Shown here: positions 60,436 through 64,000 of the stretch, in pieces
Layout: each line of letters opens with the position of its first letter
Position numbering within the stretch: the first letter of the stretch is position 1
Source: Takakia lepidozioides
Taxonomy: Eukaryota; Plantae; Bryophyta
Assembly: GCA_030704615.1 (NCBI GenBank)
Contig: CM060732.1
Location: forward strand, 22,444,001-22,508,000
Direction of reading: 5' to 3'
DNA: 64,000 nt
Translations under genes and position numbers: made by a program
Notes under the pieces: generated by a model
What the model saw: only the letters and a program-made list of their open reading frames with translations
The model's database searches: none
What the model was told of the DNA's origin: nothing

Positions 60436-60775
60436 TTACGACTGTAAATGGCATTTTTGCCACAAATCTGTCATGACTGCGCATCCATGGGAGTCATAAA
60501 AGCCGTAATCTGTTGTAGTGAATGGTGGTCTAAACGTAGCGGTGCCCTGAACTCGTATTGCCATCTGTCTTAGTACATGCCGATTCACCGTGTCCTGATG
60601 AATGTAGTATGCAGTGGCGGTTTCACGCTCCTCATCTGCGGTTTGGTCTTCCTCGTTGGCGTATAAGTCATGTATAAGGGCTCTGTCATGTATCCCTTTG
60701 TAGCCTTTTAACTTGTTAATATTTATTCGTCCCACGAATTCTTGTTCCAAGGTCTGCAAATCAACAGTTCCATTG
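60436..60775 (-). mobile_element. Gypsy integrase tail, probable continuation of the element at 1-2283
   Basis: NGTVDLQTLEQEFVGRININKLKGY completes GPFQIKRVHD-NGT; shares the 9-mer CAATGGAAC at the MULE junction. Confidence 0.72.
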
Positions 60776-62485
60776 GGGGCTGCTATTTCATGAGCCATGA
60801 GCCATGAGCGGCATGAGCCATGAGCAGAGTCGTAAGTGTCGAAAAAAACATGAGCAAGACTATTTTCCGGAAATGAGTGTCCGCGGGAATAGGGTTGAGG
60901 GTGTCACGGTCATAGGGGGAGAAGGACCTCCCGACGAAGGAGGTTCGACAATGTTTTTTAGAATTACATATTGAAAGGCAATGTTTCGCGAATGGTAGGG
61001 TGGTACTGCTCTGTACAATGGGGGCCCATTTCAGCCTACCTGCCACTTGCAAAATCCACCCACACTCCCAATCCCAAACGAAATGAGGAATGATGCATTC
61101 TGGGAACGATGGATACAGAATAGAACAAAAAGAGGGCACAATGGGGTTTTTATTGATCCACATGAATTGCATTTGAAGCACGTCTACTGTGCTGATTGTG
61201 CAAACAAATCTTTAGCCCTGTGCCTTCTGAATACAAGTCACGTTGTCAATGGGACTTTGACTGCTCTGAAAACAAGCTCACGAGTCATCGTGCTCCTCCA
61301 GGTAAACTAGATTGCAGCCGTTGTACCGCCGGTGTTGATGTTCATCACAATGTCGTGCCCTTCAATGGTACCACCATCGTATATGGAAAGCTTCACGTTT
61401 TCGTCGTCCACACCAATGCGAATGTCCCCATACAATGGAGAAGAGGAGCGCACTCCTTCAGGAGTATACGTCTCTCCGATGGAGTCCACCCACGTCCACT
61501 GGCAGCAGTTCCACCGCAACAGCATAGCAGTGCGCATTCTTCTGCATGGTTGCCCGTCGTAGCTGGGAAAAGCGGAATCAAGGATGCGCAGGAGCCACAG
61601 ACTCCTCAGACCAAGATCGTCACCCCGCTTGAAGGCGTAGTGGCCTGGGATATATCAAAAGCGAACAATGTTTCCACATTCGAACCAGTATCTTCTGTGT
61701 AAACTGTGTACCAGATAACGATGTCTCCCGATGTGGCCGAATACATTGCATAATCGAAGCCTCCATAAGGGCAGTCGTCCCGGTTCTGGAAGCGCAGCAT
61801 CCTTGCAAAGGAGGACCTGAGGACGTCTTTGATGCCGATGACAATGACCTTGCGGACAGCAACGAAGCCCTTAGATTTTCGAAATGATGAGAAGCGGAAG
61901 AGCAGTGCAGGCTCCAATAATGGAGCATTTGGGTCCCACGTACCTACCAATCATCATGTAACGTGTTCATCACGCCAGCGGTGGATGAACCGATACCTCT
62001 TTCTCATCCACGGGGTATAGTTTGAAATCTGCCACTGAAGTCCATCCCCCGGATGGAAATTCGGCGCCGCATTTACATCGAAGGGGGGATGGACTTCGTC
62101 GTCTCGAGTGGCTATAGGCCCACATATGTGCAGGATTCCAGGATCCGGGTCGAAACATGTAGGGCCTACACTTCTTGCCAAGACGAATGTCTCGTTCTTT
62201 GCGAGGGCCGACTTCATGACGAGCCCGGTGAAGGACTACTCCCTTCCTAGTTATGCAGCTAAACTCGCAAATACAACAATTAGACGATGTGAGAATCCCA
62301 GTAAAGTAGAGCAGATTATGGAGAGGGCTAGGGAGGACAGAAGGATAAGGAAACAGTTGGCAGCAGCTGAGATAGGTAGACGGGTGCGAAAGTTCATATG
62401 TGATTCAGCAGAAGAGAGCGATGCAGACAGGGAGGACGACGACCCAACGGAGGTGAGATGGTCGGTTCCGCAAGGGGAAGATGGG
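60776..62485. mobile_element. Mutator-like element end (TIR, CATGAGC repeats, unknown ORF relics, accessory ORF)
   Basis: GGGGCTGCTATTTCATGAGC at 60776; family palindrome GGATGGAAATTCGGCGCCG near 62051; paralog of the 22928 ORF. Confidence 0.75.
62108..62485 (+). pseudogene. Paralog of the MULE accessory ORF, interrupted by DNMT-Gypsy copy 3
   Basis: NVSFFARADFMTSPVKDYSLPSYAAKL...EVRWSVPQGEDG. Confidence 0.65.
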
Positions 62486-64000
62486 TGTCGTGCGCATACA
62501 TATCGCTACACAACTACATCGCTGTCCAAACCACACCACACATATATGCACAATAAAGTAGTCTAGCACAATGATAGAAAGACTCTTTAACACACTGTTG
62601 ACACAAAACATGGAAACCAAAATCATCACTCTTTGAAATAGAAGTCGAGCCAGGGGCACCCCAAGCTATGGGGACTCCACCCCACAACAACCTACACTCC
62701 CATCATAAACACACACAGCTTCTAAACGCAGGAAGGAGCTCGGTCGCGCAGGCTCAACTCGAGAGAGATGAGCCGCGCGACTGTCGCTCTCGTGAAGATA
62801 AGACAGACCAGGTGTCAAACTAAACTTGACACCTGATTTAACACTTGACCTAAATCCAAGTGTTAAATACAAATAACTAGTTTTATTCTAGCTGTTTTCA
62901 CACTGTGCTTATTTAACTTGACAGCTGTCGTGCGCATACATATCGCTACACAACTACATCGCTGTCCAAACCACACCACACATATATGCACAATAAAGTA
63001 GTCTAGCACAATCGCCCCCCTAGCTGGTGGATAGGTCCCCCTACCTCCAGATAGCTACAAGATGTAATAGCCACAGCCGTACTAAGTCCTCTATCACTGT
63101 CTTTATCGAGCTCAAACTCTATCAACCAAGAGGCCGGGTACAAGAGTAGCCCCATCGTTAGTCGCCGTCTTGCAATCTATGAACTTGAGCCAAGATCTCG
63201 TGTGTTCAAGGTCTCCTAGTAGCTGGGCCTTGCATTTCTTGTTAGCCTCCCATGGTTGTATCCACTCCCACTATCCAATGCAATGTGGACATAACCAATC
63301 CCCATCCGGAACCATCTCAAGAGGTGGAGTTAAGCATCCCATATGCCAACCTCTAGAGCACCGATCACATACCAGCATGGTGGCTGCCCCTTTAGCAGAC
63401 CCACACAACATGCACCTCAAACCTGCAGATACCACTGCCAAGTTTGGGTCAATCCTGCCATCGACATTCGGAAGGTGACATGGTGCACAATTACGCACAT
63501 GGTCCTTCCAAGTGATGCCATCCCGACCCTCCAAGACCAAGACGCCTGAGGGCAAGACCTCTCGAACCCTCAAAATAACACGTCCTGCAGTCACATCCAG
63601 GGTCGTAGGAGCAGTCTGCTGCAGATAGACATAGTCACCAGGGTTGAATCTCCGAACCCCAGGACGATAGCCCCCACCACGTATGGTAGCATACCTCAAC
63701 GTATCACGGTGTTGTGCAATGGCAAGGTTCTCGAAAGCCATAGGCATGACTCTCTTGAACAACTCTGCACGCTGCTCACATGCACGTGCCCACACGTCCG
63801 GATCGTCAAGGTTAAGAACTGTAACAGCTTCTCTGCGAATGGATGTAGGCAAATCCGGCTCTCGGCCAAAGAGAAGAAAGTATGGTGAGAAGGAGGCAAG
63901 TGATGCTTGCTTGCTGAACCTGTAGCCCATGGCTAACCAGGGTAACTGAAGGTCCCAATCTCCTAGGTGTCCCTTCTGCAAGCCATACTTGCGCAAACCC
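62486..64000 (-). mobile_element. DNMT-Gypsy family copy 3, 3' end (integrase-PHD, PPT, full LTR 62572-63010, extra A segment 62486-62570)
   Basis: ORF 63271-63996 is nearly identical to the integrase-PHD of copy 2; same A-B-A terminal layout. Confidence 0.95.

Noticed and set aside
6650-64000. Copy 1 and copy 3 as two halves of one insertion
   Set aside because: Their B segments differ at many positions and they interrupt different genes; the flanks CCCG and CCCA match only 3 of 4.

Overview
Transposon-dense plant DNA with no intact host gene. It is probably from a non-seed land plant, inferred from the PLS-type PPR fragments and captured ClpP5, THI1, DREB2 and patellin pieces. (1) Three copies of an unusual Ty3/Gypsy family are present: 6650-11561 (+, 5' part only), 40088-51904 (-, complete, 4-bp TSD ACCA) and 62486-64000 (-, 3' part only). 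Its polyprotein is Gag-PR-C5 DNA methyltransferase-RT-RNaseH-IN-PHD. Its termini are a circular permutation of normal LTRs, cut at an internal palindrome GACA-GC-TGTC and with an LTR-LTR junction left inside, which suggests integration from a 2-LTR circle. It has a self-complementary rather than tRNA primer site, and a hypervariable leader cassette of host mRNA fragments that differs completely between copies. (2) Large DNA transposons (Mutator-like and Sola-like) both carry an intron-containing ParB-like plus beta-class amino-methyltransferase gene, each with its own palindrome array, including in the same intron. (3) An older Gypsy element is split by a Mutator insertion, with its two halves in opposite orientation, suggesting an inversion. 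There is also a 397-bp satellite, PPR debris and a possible SINE. Many ORFs are frameshifted, from decay and/or assembly indels. All family assignments come from motif recognition by eye; no searches were run.
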